DNA from: Massalongia carnosa
Taxonomy: Eukaryota
Assembly (NCBI GenBank): GCA_965645245.1
Contig: OZ287080.1
Location: forward strand, 744,001-808,000
DNA length: 64,000 nt
Direction of reading: 5' to 3'
Below the pieces are notes generated by a model. That model made no database searches, had not been told where the DNA came from, and saw only the letters and a list, made by a program, of their open reading frames with translations. Position 1 is the stretch's first letter. Every line of letters starts with the position of its first letter. This document shows positions 21,322 through 32,302 of the stretch, in pieces. Made by a program: the position numbers and the translations under genes.

Positions 21322-21468
21322 GTCGTGTTATAATGAATACTTGACTCGTAAAAATTGTAAAATGTTCATCTGCAATTGTCTTAATTAAGTCTGAAGTGAC
21401 AGTGATTATAAACTGAAAGTAGTATAATGAAATGTACAGTCGGGTGTAGAAAGTTACCGACCGGTGTC

Positions 21469-21913
21469 TACGTCGCGCAACGGGTTGGGTTAAACTCGTC
21501 GGGTTTAGGTCGGGTTTTCGGGTCGGGTTGGACCCCCTCGAACCCGACCAGACGGGTTCGGGTTTTTTATGCGGGTTTCCGAGTTAAATAGTTTAACCCA
21601 GTCAGTTTACTTTGAAAATTAAATATGAAAATTCGACGAAAATATAACGTTTAAAGTACTAAATTTTTTGCTTACTAAACAACATTTCTTGATGCCTAAT
21701 TCCAGAATTTTTAGAATATTCAAATGTGTTTAAAACGTCTAAAAAACGTTTAAAATTGACATAAAAAAATTCACCGGGTCGAACGGGTCAAACGGGTTAA
21801 CCCGGGAACGGTTCCCCAACCCAACGGGTTGAACCCTACAGGATTCCCAACCCGGTAACGGGTCAAATTCTACTAGTCAAAACTCAACCTAACCCGACCC
21901 GTTGCGCGGCATC
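21469..21913. mobile_element. hAT-type MITE, long variant
   Basis: TIR TACG(T/C)CGCGCAACGGG, many CGGGT/ACCCG subterminal repeats, AT-rich core shared with 51479-51842; flanks CCGGTGTC/CCGGGGCC (degenerate 8-bp TSD). Confidence 0.85.
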
Positions 21914-22054
21914 CCGGGGCCCCGCATCTTATCAAATTTTGATCCTACTTTTTTTCTTTCAACTTATCTCTCAAATTCAACATTTAATTCAAAGGCTTGA
22001 ATATTCAAATTTAATGATATTTTGATCGCTAAATAAGGTTTAATAACCAATATT

Positions 22055-22719
22055 TGACGATGATAATGATGATGATTTTTATTCCGATTTAGTACCGGCC
22101 GAAGGCCGGCCCATGCGGGCGAGTCTATCTAGTTGTATAGTACATGGAAAACCTTTTGAAGAAGAAAAAATATGCAATCCTGTGTCCGGCCGAGGACCCT
22201 CTGGGTCCAAGCCGTGTGCTCTATAAAAAAACCTTTGACCCAAGACAAGTATAAAAAATAAAACAAAGCATGCCTACTGTTAGCAGTATAGATGCTTTGC
22301 TGTCAGCGAAAATTTTAACAATAAACCTATCTTCATTAGTTATTTTATGACTAATTTTATTGCTATAGATGACTCAGTGATTAATCGATAGTTAATTGTG
22401 CCTATCGTGTTTAGTAGATTTTGTCTGTCACGATTCTACACGGCACGACCTCGGCACTCGGCACCGCCTAGGGTAATATTAGATGGAACATGCAGGCACT
22501 TTCGATTTCGTTCCCGTAGCTACTAGAAGATTCCATGACGACTATACCATATGGGTACTAGCGCAGTAGAGCATATATAGGAGCAGGTTCTGGTTGTCGA
22601 TAGTAATTTTCCTTCTTCATCTTTATTGTATTCGTTTCTAGTGTCCCTATAACTTGTCTCTAGGTAGATCATAATATTGTCTTTTGTCGTTGAGTTTGTA
22701 AAACATGATCACATGTTTT
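22055..22719 (-). mobile_element. Third Tad1-like LINE 3' fragment (continues at 38819-38890 after nested insertions)
   Basis: (ATG)n tail and the same 29-bp hairpin block at 22092-22120. Joining 22719 to 38824 restores ...HKQTAKHVIMF. Confidence 0.85.
22426..22676 (+). mobile_element. Solo LTR (251 bp) related to the 233-bp Gypsy LTR
   Basis: Starts TGTCACGATT and shares the TTCATCTTTATTGT...TCTAGGTAGA U5; TSD TTGTC on both sides. Confidence 0.85.
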
Positions 22720-25004
22720 TGTAATGGGCTACGAGACCAGTAAGCTAATCATGAGCGACACTGATCTCGAAAGGGGAAATGCTCAGCGTGAGATAGCTAC
22801 TACGTGCTAGTCTCCGAGAGTATACGTGATCCAAAGAACTAATGGATGTAGAAGTGCTCAGACCAAGAGATCTCGTCCGAGACCCAAACGTAGGTTGTTC
22901 ATAGAATAAAGACTAATTGCTAACGAATACTACAGGATTCGTTCTGGTATTTATCCCAGTCACCCCAAGCCTATAGCCTTGGGAGCCTTGGAACCTTAGG
23001 AGCCTTGCAACCCTCTTCTGACCTTATCGTCTTACATCTAACCATCCCTCAGGATCCATCTACGAACTCGGCGTTCGCTGGATCATCTAGTCAGCCTCGA
23101 GCAGCCTTTTAGACCTTCCCTTGCAAGGTAGAACACTTCTACCTCCGGCTAGATCCCGCACTACATTGCTAGCCTGCCTCTAAACATAACGTAACTCACT
23201 GGGCAACGGGACTAAGTAATTCCGAACTCATCACTTTTTGACTACTCTAGATGATAAAGCCTTCATTACATACATTTTACATACAAATTCAGCTTCAGAC
23301 ATCACAGTAGATTATATTCATCTTTTTGAAACTTTATAATCATGGGTGTAGGTAAAAAAACCACCTCCCACAAGACCTCCATTCCTTCATGTTTTCACCC
23401 CACCTCCACCTATCAACAACGATTACAGTCGGCCTTTTTGGCCTGGAAACAGGCCGATGGAGCTCTTTCCATTACGAAGGCAGCTTTTCTATATGATGTT
23501 TCAAAGTCTACCCTCCATGCCCGCATTCAGGGTCGTCAATCACGATTTACGTCTGATCAAACTAAACAACTGCTGACCCCCGAGGAGGAAGACGCTTTGA
23601 AGAACTGGGTTTTACAACTGTACGCCTGGGGCTGGCCTGCTAAAATAGCTCAGCTACGTCAGATGGCCATAGAATTACTACGAGCAAGGGGGAATCATAC
23701 TGTGCTAGGAGTCAATTGGCAACAGTATTTTTTACATCGTCATCCCGATCTGCAGGCTAAATACAGTCGCACACTAGATCAAGAACGATTATTCGCTGAG
23801 AATGAAGAGATATTTCAGCACTGGTTTGACCTTTTCCTCTCCATGAAAGAAAAGCACGGAATTCTTGATGAAGACATCTACAACATGGACGAAAAGGGAT
23901 TCATGATGGGGGTAGCTGCTAGTGCTAAAGTAGTAATTTCTAAGCACGAAAAGCAAGCCTTTTCAGCACAGTCAGGTAATCGAGAATGGTTGTCATTGAT
24001 CGAGGCCATTTGTACTACCGGTCGAAGTTTACCTCTTTTCGTCATCTTCAAAGGAGTCAACAAGCAAAAGGCCTGGTACGATGCACTGGAGGACATTGAC
24101 ACTGAAATAGCTACCAGCGAAAACGGATGGACAGACAATGAACTAGGTCTCGATTGGTTGAAAAAGTGGTTTGAACCTGCTACTGCAAAATATCTACACG
24201 GTGAATATTGACTTCTTATAGTAGATGGTCATGCTTCCTATATTTCTACCGAATTCATCAAGTTTTGCAACGAAAAGAAAATCATTCTTTTGTGTCTACC
24301 TCCACATACTACCCATATGTTGCAACCTCTGGACGTGAGTGTTTTTGGGCCCTTATCACGGGAGTACAAAAAACAATTGGAGGTCGTCACCCGATTCAAC
24401 GTCTGTTCAGTGGACAAGGTGGATTTTCTGAAGATCATTCAAAAAGCAAGAAAAGAAGCAATCAACACAAAAAACGTGCTGACTGCATGGAGAGCAACCG
24501 GATTAGTACCATACAATCCATCATCAGTTCTTCAAAAACTCACTAATAAACAATCGGTGTTGCGAAAGACTGATAGCATCATCACCACTGTCACGATTCC
24601 ACCTTTCGCCTTTAGGAGCTAAACCTAATCGAGCACCTACGGGTCGGATAACGAGATTCACGAGATAGCGCGGAAAACTCTTTCGCGACCGTACTGCATG
24701 AGGGCAAGGGAACGCGTTGGTATATAGGGACGGGTCAGACCTTTCGAGTCTTTTTTTCTCTTCATCTTTATTGTTTTCGTTCATGGCGTCCCTATGACTA
24801 GCCTCTAGGTAGACCGTAACATTACAATAAAGATCAAACTTCAAACTGTTATCCTATGTGAAGGATATAAAACAATTCACCTGACAAACACGAAGACACC
24901 AGATATTGATACCGACACCGAGAATTAAACATCGTAGAGACGAGACGACCACTGACACTGAACCCAAGATACCAGACACCGATAACCAGATACCAGCTTA
25001 TAAC

Positions 25005-26261
25005 ATGGCACGATCAACCGGGACCGAGGTCCCAAGACACCGGGACTCGATAATCCCCGAGACTAGAGAGACAGAGGACGAACTAGAGGTAACGGAGCCT
25101 CTGATGATTATAAACCTCCGACAATTGAAGGCATGGATGGAGCACGACCCTCAGGCCGTGTCCGACATGCTTCAAAACCTGAAGGGAGCATACAACGACT
25201 CCGTTGAACGAGGTAACCGAGCTATTGATATGGCTGAGGGATTCCAGACCAGAATGAACCAGTTGGAGGGCATGATGTCCTACCAGAAAGAAGAAATAAG
25301 AGAATTACAAGGACGGGCCCCCGTGGCCAGCACTGAATTGAGCCGAGAACAGACGCGAGAGCCGTCTCGCCCACGAACCCCATCCCCTTCCCGTAGCAGC
25401 CGTCGCAGCGACGGCGGTAGGAAGAGGTCGATGAAACTGCCTGACCCGCCTATCTTCACCGACGGAAAGGAAATCTCCATAGACCATTGGCTGACAAAGA
25501 TGCGGAGTAAACTAGCAGCCAATGATGACCACATGCCGTCGGAACTACTCAAGAAGGCATACGTGGAGAACCGGGTAGGAGGAGAAGCAATGGGACACCT
25601 AGAACCCCGACTTCGAAAAGGCGCGATGAAGCCCTTTCTGACGGCCGAGGAAATGTTTGACCAATTGGAACGCACATACGGCGACCCCAATCGAAAACAA
25701 ACTGCGATGAACGACTTTCGGTATCTTCGGCAAGGAAGCAAGGATTTCAACACCTTTTGGGCTGAGTTTCAGCGTCTGGCAGCTGAGCTGGACCATAACG
25801 AGGCTACACTAATTAGCGAGTTGAAGCACAAGCTTTCTTGGGGAATGAATCGGCAATTGGCCACCGGCGCCGAGGCACCGACCGACCTGTATGAGTTCGC
25901 GCATAAGTGTCAGCGCTTGTATCAGGACCTCAAGGACTTGGACCGAAGCAAGGCCAATATGGACCGTTATGCGGAAAGTAAAAGGCCCAGCACCACTGCC
26001 TCGAGTTCTAGCGCCCCGACCACGACGACCACAACCTCCACCACCGAGACCTATGTCCCTCCCCGTCACGCCATCACGGCCTCGACCCCCAGGCCCTCTT
26101 CCTACATGACGGATGAAGAAAAGGAACGATTGACCAGGGAAGGTCGTTGTTTCTTTTGCAAGGAGCATGGACATTTGTCCAGAGATTGTGAGCTGAAGAG
26201 GAAGAGTCGGCCAGCGAAAGTGCAGAAAATCGCTGAAATTGATGACTCGGGAAAAGAGTGA
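25005..26261 (+). CDS. Gypsy Gag
   Basis: KLPDPPIFTDG, LRQG, zinc knuckle CFFCKEHGHLSRDC. Confidence 0.92.
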   Translation: MARSTGTEVPRHRDSIIPETRETEDELEVTEPLMIINLRQLKAWMEHDPQAVSDMLQNLKGAYNDSVERGNRAIDMAEGFQTRMNQLEGMMSYQKEEIRELQGRAPVASTELSREQTREPSRPRTPSPSRSSRRSDGGRKRSMKLPDPPIFTDGKEISIDHWLTKMRSKLAANDDHMPSELLKKAYVENRVGGEAMGHLEPRLRKGAMKPFLTAEEMFDQLERTYGDPNRKQTAMNDFRYLRQGSKDFNTFWAEFQRLAAELDHNEATLISELKHKLSWGMNRQLATGAEAPTDLYEFAHKCQRLYQDLKDLDRSKANMDRYAESKRPSTTASSSSAPTTTTTTSTTETYVPPRHAITASTPRPSSYMTDEEKERLTREGRCFFCKEHGHLSRDCELKRKSRPAKVQKIAEIDDSGKE

Positions 26262-29200
26262 CCTCCATCAAAGACGCAGATGGAGGTGAACCAGTGTTGA
26301 TTTCGTCGAGCTGTTTACCTGGTGATTTGTTCACCGATGAACCCCTGGTCATACAATGTAGACTGGGCAATAGCGAAGAAATAAAAGTGATGGGTCTATT
26401 GGACACCGGTGCCACTGGGCATGCTTTTATTGATGAATCAACAGCGCGTGAAGTTTGTGAAAAGCTTCAGATCTCCCCTCAAAAACTGACAAGACCGAAA
26501 CCAGTCAAAGGTTTCGACGGTAAACGAGGTAAAGACATTACGCATGCCATTTACCCTACCCTGACCGTACAAAATCATAAGGAAACAATAGCCCCTATTC
26601 TAATCACGCAGCTGGGGCAACACAAGATGATATTGGGAAAACCATGGATGAGAAAGCATGGAGTGATTATTGACATGGCCACAGACAAGATAACTTTCTG
26701 GCCTGGTCATTGTTCTCATCCTGGAGCTCCTCAGCTGCCCAAGGAGGAAAAGATGATGATGGAGTCCGAAGGGGCTAGAACGATCATGAAAATACTGAAA
26801 CGACCCGAAGAGGCAAGAACGGACACGAAGGAATCAGAGCGGACTAGTCCAGATCAGCTCAGTTCGTCAGATTTGTTAGCTAACAAAGCTGACGTAGGGC
26901 TATCAGGAAGACCAGCAGACTCTGGAATCGAGGATAAGCCGACTCCCGAAGATGAGCCGATAGAAATGGCGATGATAGGGGCTGCCGCGTACCGACTGCT
27001 CTCCAAACAAAAGAATGTCGAGTTATTCGCCATCTCTTTAAAAGACATCGAGTACCAATTGAATAAGGAAGACCAGCCACCCACTGACCCGAAGACGGTA
27101 GTTCCCTCAGAGTACCACGAATTCCTAGATGTCTTTTCCAAGACAGCATCTGACACTCTGGCACCTCATCGAACGTATGATCATAGGATTATTCTGGAAG
27201 GAGACAAAGATCACGGACATAGTCCGCTTCGGAGCATGTCACAGAAAGAATTGGAGTTCGTCAAGAAATACCTCGAGGACAACCTTCGAAAAGGATTCAT
27301 CGAGGCCAGTCACGCAGCGTGTGCTTCCCCTATTCTGTTGGCCAAAAAGCCGAACGGAGGCCTGCGTTTCTGTGTCGATTATCGAAGGCTAAATCAACTG
27401 TCAAAAAAAGACCGCTATCCCATACCTCTGATAGAAGAAACTCTGGCACAGCTGAAGGAAGCTAAGGTCTTTTCGAAGATTGATATTCGGCAAGCATTTC
27501 ACAAGCTCAGAATGGCCATAGAGTCTGAAGACCTGACGACGTTCAACTCTCGTTTTGGTGCCTATAAATATAAGGTACTCCCATTCGGACTCTCTGGCGG
27601 ACCAGCTTCCTGGCAACACTACATCAACGATGTGTTATTCGACTATTTGGACAAGTTCTGCACGGCTTACCTGGACGACATCCTGATTTATAGCAAGAAC
27701 CTGAAGGATCATCGGGAGCACGTCCGATTCGTTCTGATCAAACTTCGGGAAGCGGGACTACAAGCAGACGTGGACAAATGCGAATTCCATGTGACGGAAA
27801 CCAAGTACTTGGGACTGATCATTAGCGTCGATGGCATTCGCATGGACCCAGCTAAAGTCAAGGCCATCCAGCAATGGGAAATCCCAACTTGTCTACGTGA
27901 GGTCCGTTCGTTCATTGGCTTTTGCAACTTCTATCGACGATTCATCAGAGGCTTCTCGAAAATCGCCAAACCCCTGAACGCACTGACGAAGAAAGAACGA
28001 ATCTTTGAATGGACCTTAGCATGTGAAAAAGCTTTTCGGACCCTGCAGAAACAAATAGGCGAAGCCCCAATTCTGATACACTTCGACCGAGACAAGCAGT
28101 GTTACTTGGAAACCGACTCTTCTGACCACGTCAATGGTGGCGTGCTTTCCCAAATGGGGGATGACGGAGAACTTCACCCGGTAGCGTTCTTCTCCAAGAA
28201 TATGAGCCCTGCGGAATGCAACTACGAAATCTACGACAAGGAACTGCTGGCAATCATCCGCTGCTTTGAACAATGGAAACCGGAACTGGAAGGCACTGAT
28301 CTACCAGTGAAGATCTTCACTGATCACCGAAGTCTAGAGTATTTCATGTCCACCAAAAAGCTGACCAGAAGACAGGCTCGCTGGGCGGAGTTCCTCTCGG
28401 AGTTCAATTTCGTCATCACCTATCGCCCGGGCAAGAAAAACGAAAAAGCAGACGCTCTGACCCGAAGGCCAAACGATAAACCTCAGAACGAGGAAGACGA
28501 ACGACAACAGCATCAGCTCCAAACGCTGCTGCCCTCGGAAAGACTAGAACTGCAACCCATCGAAGAAGCAACGGAATCAGATGAAACTCCTGCCCTTGAC
28601 GACACTGACACTACCACCGATCCCGATCCACAGCCTTTGGACGAAAAGGTAAAACAGGAAAACCTCGAAGATGAACTCTGTACGAAGATCAGAAAAGCGC
28701 TGACAGACGACGATACTCCTGCGGACAACACCTTGCCAGACACAAAGAATTGTACGGTGAAAGATGGACTGCTATATAAGCGAAAACGCTTATGGGTCCC
28801 GGACAACAAGGAAACAATTCTCGAAGTCGTACGGCAAATTCATGACCAGATAGCGGTTGGGCACCCCGGAATAGCAAGGACCATTCAGACGATCTCTCGA
28901 AATTACTACTGGCCGAATATGGGCAAAGATGTTCGCCGCTATGTTCGCAGCTGTCACGTTTGCAGACGGGCAAAAGCACCAAGGGATAAATACAACGGGC
29001 TACTGAAACCCTTGCCCATACCTGACAAGCCATGGTCAGACATCACCCTCGACTATGTGACCGGGCTCGCCAAAAGCAAGGAGCAGTACGACGCCATTCT
29101 GATGGTTGTGGACCGGATGTCCAAGGAAAGACACTACATTCCATGCACATGTAGTGACGAAGGAACAATTGCCGAGTCTACAGCGAAGCTGCTCATCGAC

Positions 29201-30121
29201 AACGTCTGGCGTTATCACGGACTCCCGAACAGCATATTATCCGATCGGGGCCCCCAGTTCGTGTCAGCGGTATGGAAGGCATGGTGCAAAATTCTGGGAA
29301 TCACGGCGAAACTGTCCACCGCTTATCATCCCGAAACAGACGGACAAAGCGAAATAGCGAACCAAGAAATGGAACGTCACCTCCGGAGTTTCACCAACTA
29401 TAATCAGGATGACTGGGCGGACCTTCTCCCGATGGCCGAGTTCGCTGCCAACAGCGCACCGTCGGCCACAACTGGGCTTTCACCATTCATGGCCACAAAA
29501 GGATATGAACCGAGGATGAGTTTCGATCCAGCAGAGCTTTCCGCTTCTTCCACCAGAGAAAGGTTGGCCAACGCCCAAGCTAGGGCCATCACAGACGACA
29601 TGCAGAAAGTCTGGAACTTCGTCAAGCAAAGAATGGAGCGAGCCCAGGAAAGGCAAAGAACAGCGGCTGATCGACACCGGACGGAAGTATCTTACGAGGT
29701 AGGAGACATGGTGTGGTTATCAACCAAAAACATCAAGACTGAACGGGCTTGCAAGAAACTGGACCACAAGATGATAGGTCCCTATCGAGTCATGAAATTG
29801 GTAGGATCATCATGTCAGCTGGAACTTCCACCCTCGATGAAAATACACGATGTGTTCCACACCAGCTTGCTCCGAAAAGCTGCAGACGACCCCCTTCCTG
29901 GTCAGATAAACGAACCACCCCCACCGGTAGTAGTCGAAGGTAACGACGAATGGGAACTGGACGACATATTAGACGCACGAAAGCGATATCGAAAGATCCA
30001 GTTCAAGGTCAAGTGGAAAGGAATTGACGAAGACCTGACGTGGTATGATGCTGACGGCTTCGAAAATGCAGAAGAACTGGTGAAGGACTTTTATCGACGA
30101 CACCCTAACAAACCACGTTAA
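26249..30121 (+). CDS. Gypsy Pol (PR-RT-RH-IN-chromodomain), expressed by -1 frameshift
   Basis: LLDTGA, YLDD, ETDSS, HHCC, DDE core, EWELDDILD...VKWKG; reading frame is -1 relative to gag. Confidence 0.95.
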   Translation, partial: GKRVTSIKDADGGEPVLISSSCLPGDLFTDEPLVIQCRLGNSEEIKVMGLLDTGATGHAFIDESTAREVCEKLQISPQKLTRPKPVKGFDGKRGKDITHAIYPTLTVQNHKETIAPILITQLGQHKMILGKPWMRKHGVIIDMATDKITFWPGHCSHPGAPQLPKEEKMMMESEGARTIMKILKRPEEARTDTKESERTSPDQLSSSDLLANKADVGLSGRPADSGIEDKPTPEDEPIEMAMIGAAAYRLLSKQKNVELFAISLKDIEYQLNKEDQPPTDPKTVVPSEYHEFLDVFSKTASDTLAPHRTYDHRIILEGDKDHGHSPLRSMSQKELEFVKKYLEDNLRKGFIEASHAACASPILLAKKPNGGLRFCVDYRRLNQLSKKDRYPIPLIEETLAQLKEAKVFSKIDIRQAFHKLRMAIESEDLTTFNSRFGAYKYKVLPFGLSGGPASWQHYINDVLFDYLDKFCTAYLDDILIYSKNLKDHREHVRFVLIKLREAGLQADVDKCEFHVTETKYLGLIISVDGIRMDPAKVKAIQQWEIPTCLREVRSFIGFCNFYRRFIRGFSKIAKPLNALTKKERIFEWTLACEKAFRTLQKQIGEAPILIHFDRDKQCYLETDSSDHVNGGVLSQMGDDGELHPVAFFSKNMSPAECNYEIYDKELLAIIRCFEQWKPELEGTDLPVKIFTDHRSLEYFMSTKKLTRRQARWAEFLSEFNFVITYRPGKKNEKADALTRRPNDKPQNEEDERQQHQLQTLLPSERLELQPIEEATESDETPALDDTDTTTDPDPQPLDEKVKQENLEDELCTKIRKALTDDDTPADNTLPDTKNCTVKDGLLYKRKRLWVPDNKETILEVVRQIHDQIAVGHPGIARTIQTISRNYYWPNMGKDVRRYVRSCHVCRRAKAPRDKYNGLLKPLPIPDKPWSDITLDYVTGLAKSKEQYDAILMVVDRMSKERHYIPCTCSDEGTIAESTAKLLIDNVWRYHGLPNSILSDRGPQFVSAVWKAWCKILGITAKLSTAYHPETDGQSEIANQEMERHLRSFTNYNQDDWADLLPMAEFAANSAPSATTGLSPFMATKGYEPRMSFDPAELSASSTRERLANAQARAITDDMQKVWNFVKQRMERAQERQRTAADRHRTEVSYEVGDMVWLSTKNIKTERACKKLDHKMIGPYRVMKLVGSSCQLELPPSMKIHDVFHTSLLRKAADDPLPGQINEPPPPVVVEGNDEWELDDILDARKRYRKIQFKVKWKGIDEDLTWYDADGFENAEELVKDFYRRHPNKPR

Positions 30122-32302
30122 ACCGCATTTATAACTCAATCTATCACGTGATGAAACGAACGGTGGTAAAGCGGACTTTATCGCGGTCAGGTGACTCGCG
30201 ATCTAAAGCGGAGGGTAGTGTCACGATTCCACCTTTCGCCTTTAGGAGCTAAACCTAATCGAGCACCTACGGGTCGGATAACGAGATTCACGAGATAGCG
30301 CGGAAAACTCTTTCGCGACCGTACTGCATGAGGGCAAGGGAACGCGTTGGTATATAGGGACGGGTCAGACCTTTCGAGTCTTTTTTTCTCTTCATCTTTA
30401 TTGTTTTCGTTCATGGCGTCCCTATGACTAGCCTCTAGGTAGACCGTAACAACCACCACTACCATCACCACCACCACCACCACGAATATCACCTCCTCTC
30501 ATCCTAACACTCCGACAACCCTTCAAAACTCTCACGAAATTGAAAAGACACCTGCAAATATCGATCAAATAGATCAACTGATTCGTCGAATCCGAAATGA
30601 TGAAGAATCAGACTCGACTCCCGTTCGAGCGCTAAATAAATTGATAAAAGGAGCTAAATATGCCTTCGCAGGCTCTACCTTGCTACGTATCACCAACAAC
30701 GAGCTTCTTCAGGCCAATGTACGGCGCCATCATCGAACCAATCGTAGCGGGGCTCACTATGGAGGAAAGGCTCGAGTTCTAAGCCTTGAAGACGTTCAAC
30801 AAAGACAGCAATGGGCTAAAGATAAACAAAAGGTGAAAGACGAAAAAAAGAAGGCCGCTCAGCTAAAACGAGCTGAGCAGGACCTTATCAAAACTTTCAG
30901 GGAAATGTGTCGATTTGGACCTGATTTACTAGGACAAACGTCTACTGCAACTTCGACGAAAAGTCCTCAGAAAAGTCCTCAGAAAGCACCTGATAGTTCA
31001 CAAAGTAAGCCTATTTATTCTTTTTAAAGACGATTGCTACCTCCTCCCGTGCTTCAACCAATGACAGAAGAGGTAGAGGGGGTGGAGGAGGTGAAGGTGA
31101 GTGGGGGGGTAGAGGTGGAGGTGGAGGTGGTGGAGGAGGTGAAGAAGGTTCAAACTACCAGACGGGGTCGTATTGTACGTCAACCACGTAAAATGTGTTT
31201 AAGTTGCATGCAGACAAAATATCAATTTCACGTCTAATAGACATTGAAGCCGAATTTGTATGTTAAACGGGTGAGAGGGAGGCTGTAGAAATTAAGCGAA
31301 ATTTAGTTAGTCCCGTTGCCCAGTTTGTCCCGTTGCCCAGTGAGTTACGTTTAAGTCTAGACGCCGAGGCTATGTAGCTTCATTTCGCCGTCACCACTAC
31401 CAACGTAGCGATGGAAGGTTACCTCCGACTGAATCTCTATCTACACTGCGGACCTGCCTCTAGACATAAGGTCTAGACCACAAGGTCATGTAGGTTCATT
31501 CAGCCGACATCATTACCAACGTAGCAATAAAGGTGGAAGCTGAAGTTTACACCGGGGAGGCCGAGCTCAAGCTGCGTCCAGCTAGCCGTGCCTCCTGCTA
31601 CAACTCTTGATCCATCAAGAGATCGAGTAGCTCCGAGTAGGCCAGTAGATTCCATATAGAGTTCACGGCTAGTCTCCACAGGAGTTCGCCTTACTCCATG
31701 GCAATCTACCACCACGGCCTCGACAGGTGTTTGGTCTTGTCGATATGTCTACATCTACTAAGCGAGCTTGATCTCACGTGCTCAGCCCTACCCATTGTAT
31801 ATAGTCAGCCGAAAATTCTGTTGTAGCAAATCAAGGTCTTCCATCATCAATATTCTGTCCCACACGATATTAATAGACCGTGGTTCAAGCCAATTCCCGA
31901 AGTAAGATCCTGTTGAAGGAAAAGCACGTGATTTCGGACTAATAACCGAGGCCTCGATCTTTCAGATGCTATTTCTTTCTATGTCATATATCTGATTTCT
32001 AATACTCAATGATTTCAAAGCATTGTACCTCGCATGGGTTCCGGATCACTAATGATCTATTAGTAAATAGAAGTGGCTGGAAGATATCTAGATTATGAAA
32101 GAATGTGGCGAAATGGTCTATATAGCTAGCTAGAATTTCCAGTTTAGATAGACAAGGAGAACATCATTTTCCAGATCAATAAGAACGGTCCGACAGTTAT
32201 GAGCCCGGCTACCTAATCGCTGCATTCATCGATCAGTATCCCCAAGTTCTTATTGACCTTTATTGTTACTTCTTCCATCTTCTTTGGACAATCGAACAGA
32301 AG

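Larger units (their letters stand above)
24589..30451 (+). mobile_element. Complete Ty3/Gypsy chromovirus with apparently identical 233-bp LTRs (24589-24821, 30219-30451)
   Basis: TG...CA LTRs, TSD ACCAC on both sides, PPT AAAGCGGAGGGTAG, open gag and pol. Confidence 0.97.
23189..31350 (+). mobile_element. Fot1/pogo DNA transposon, transposase 23342-24588 + 30457-~31237, with an in-frame stop at 24209 and a Gypsy insertion
   Basis: TIR ACGTAACTCACTGGGCAACGGGAC at both ends with TA at left; DIYNMDEKGF, NGWTDNE, VDGH, LPPHTTHMLQPLDV. Confidence 0.93.

Noticed and set aside
21435..21468. TA-CAGT start of a Tc1-like element hosting the MITE
   Set aside because: No matching second TIR or transposase found.
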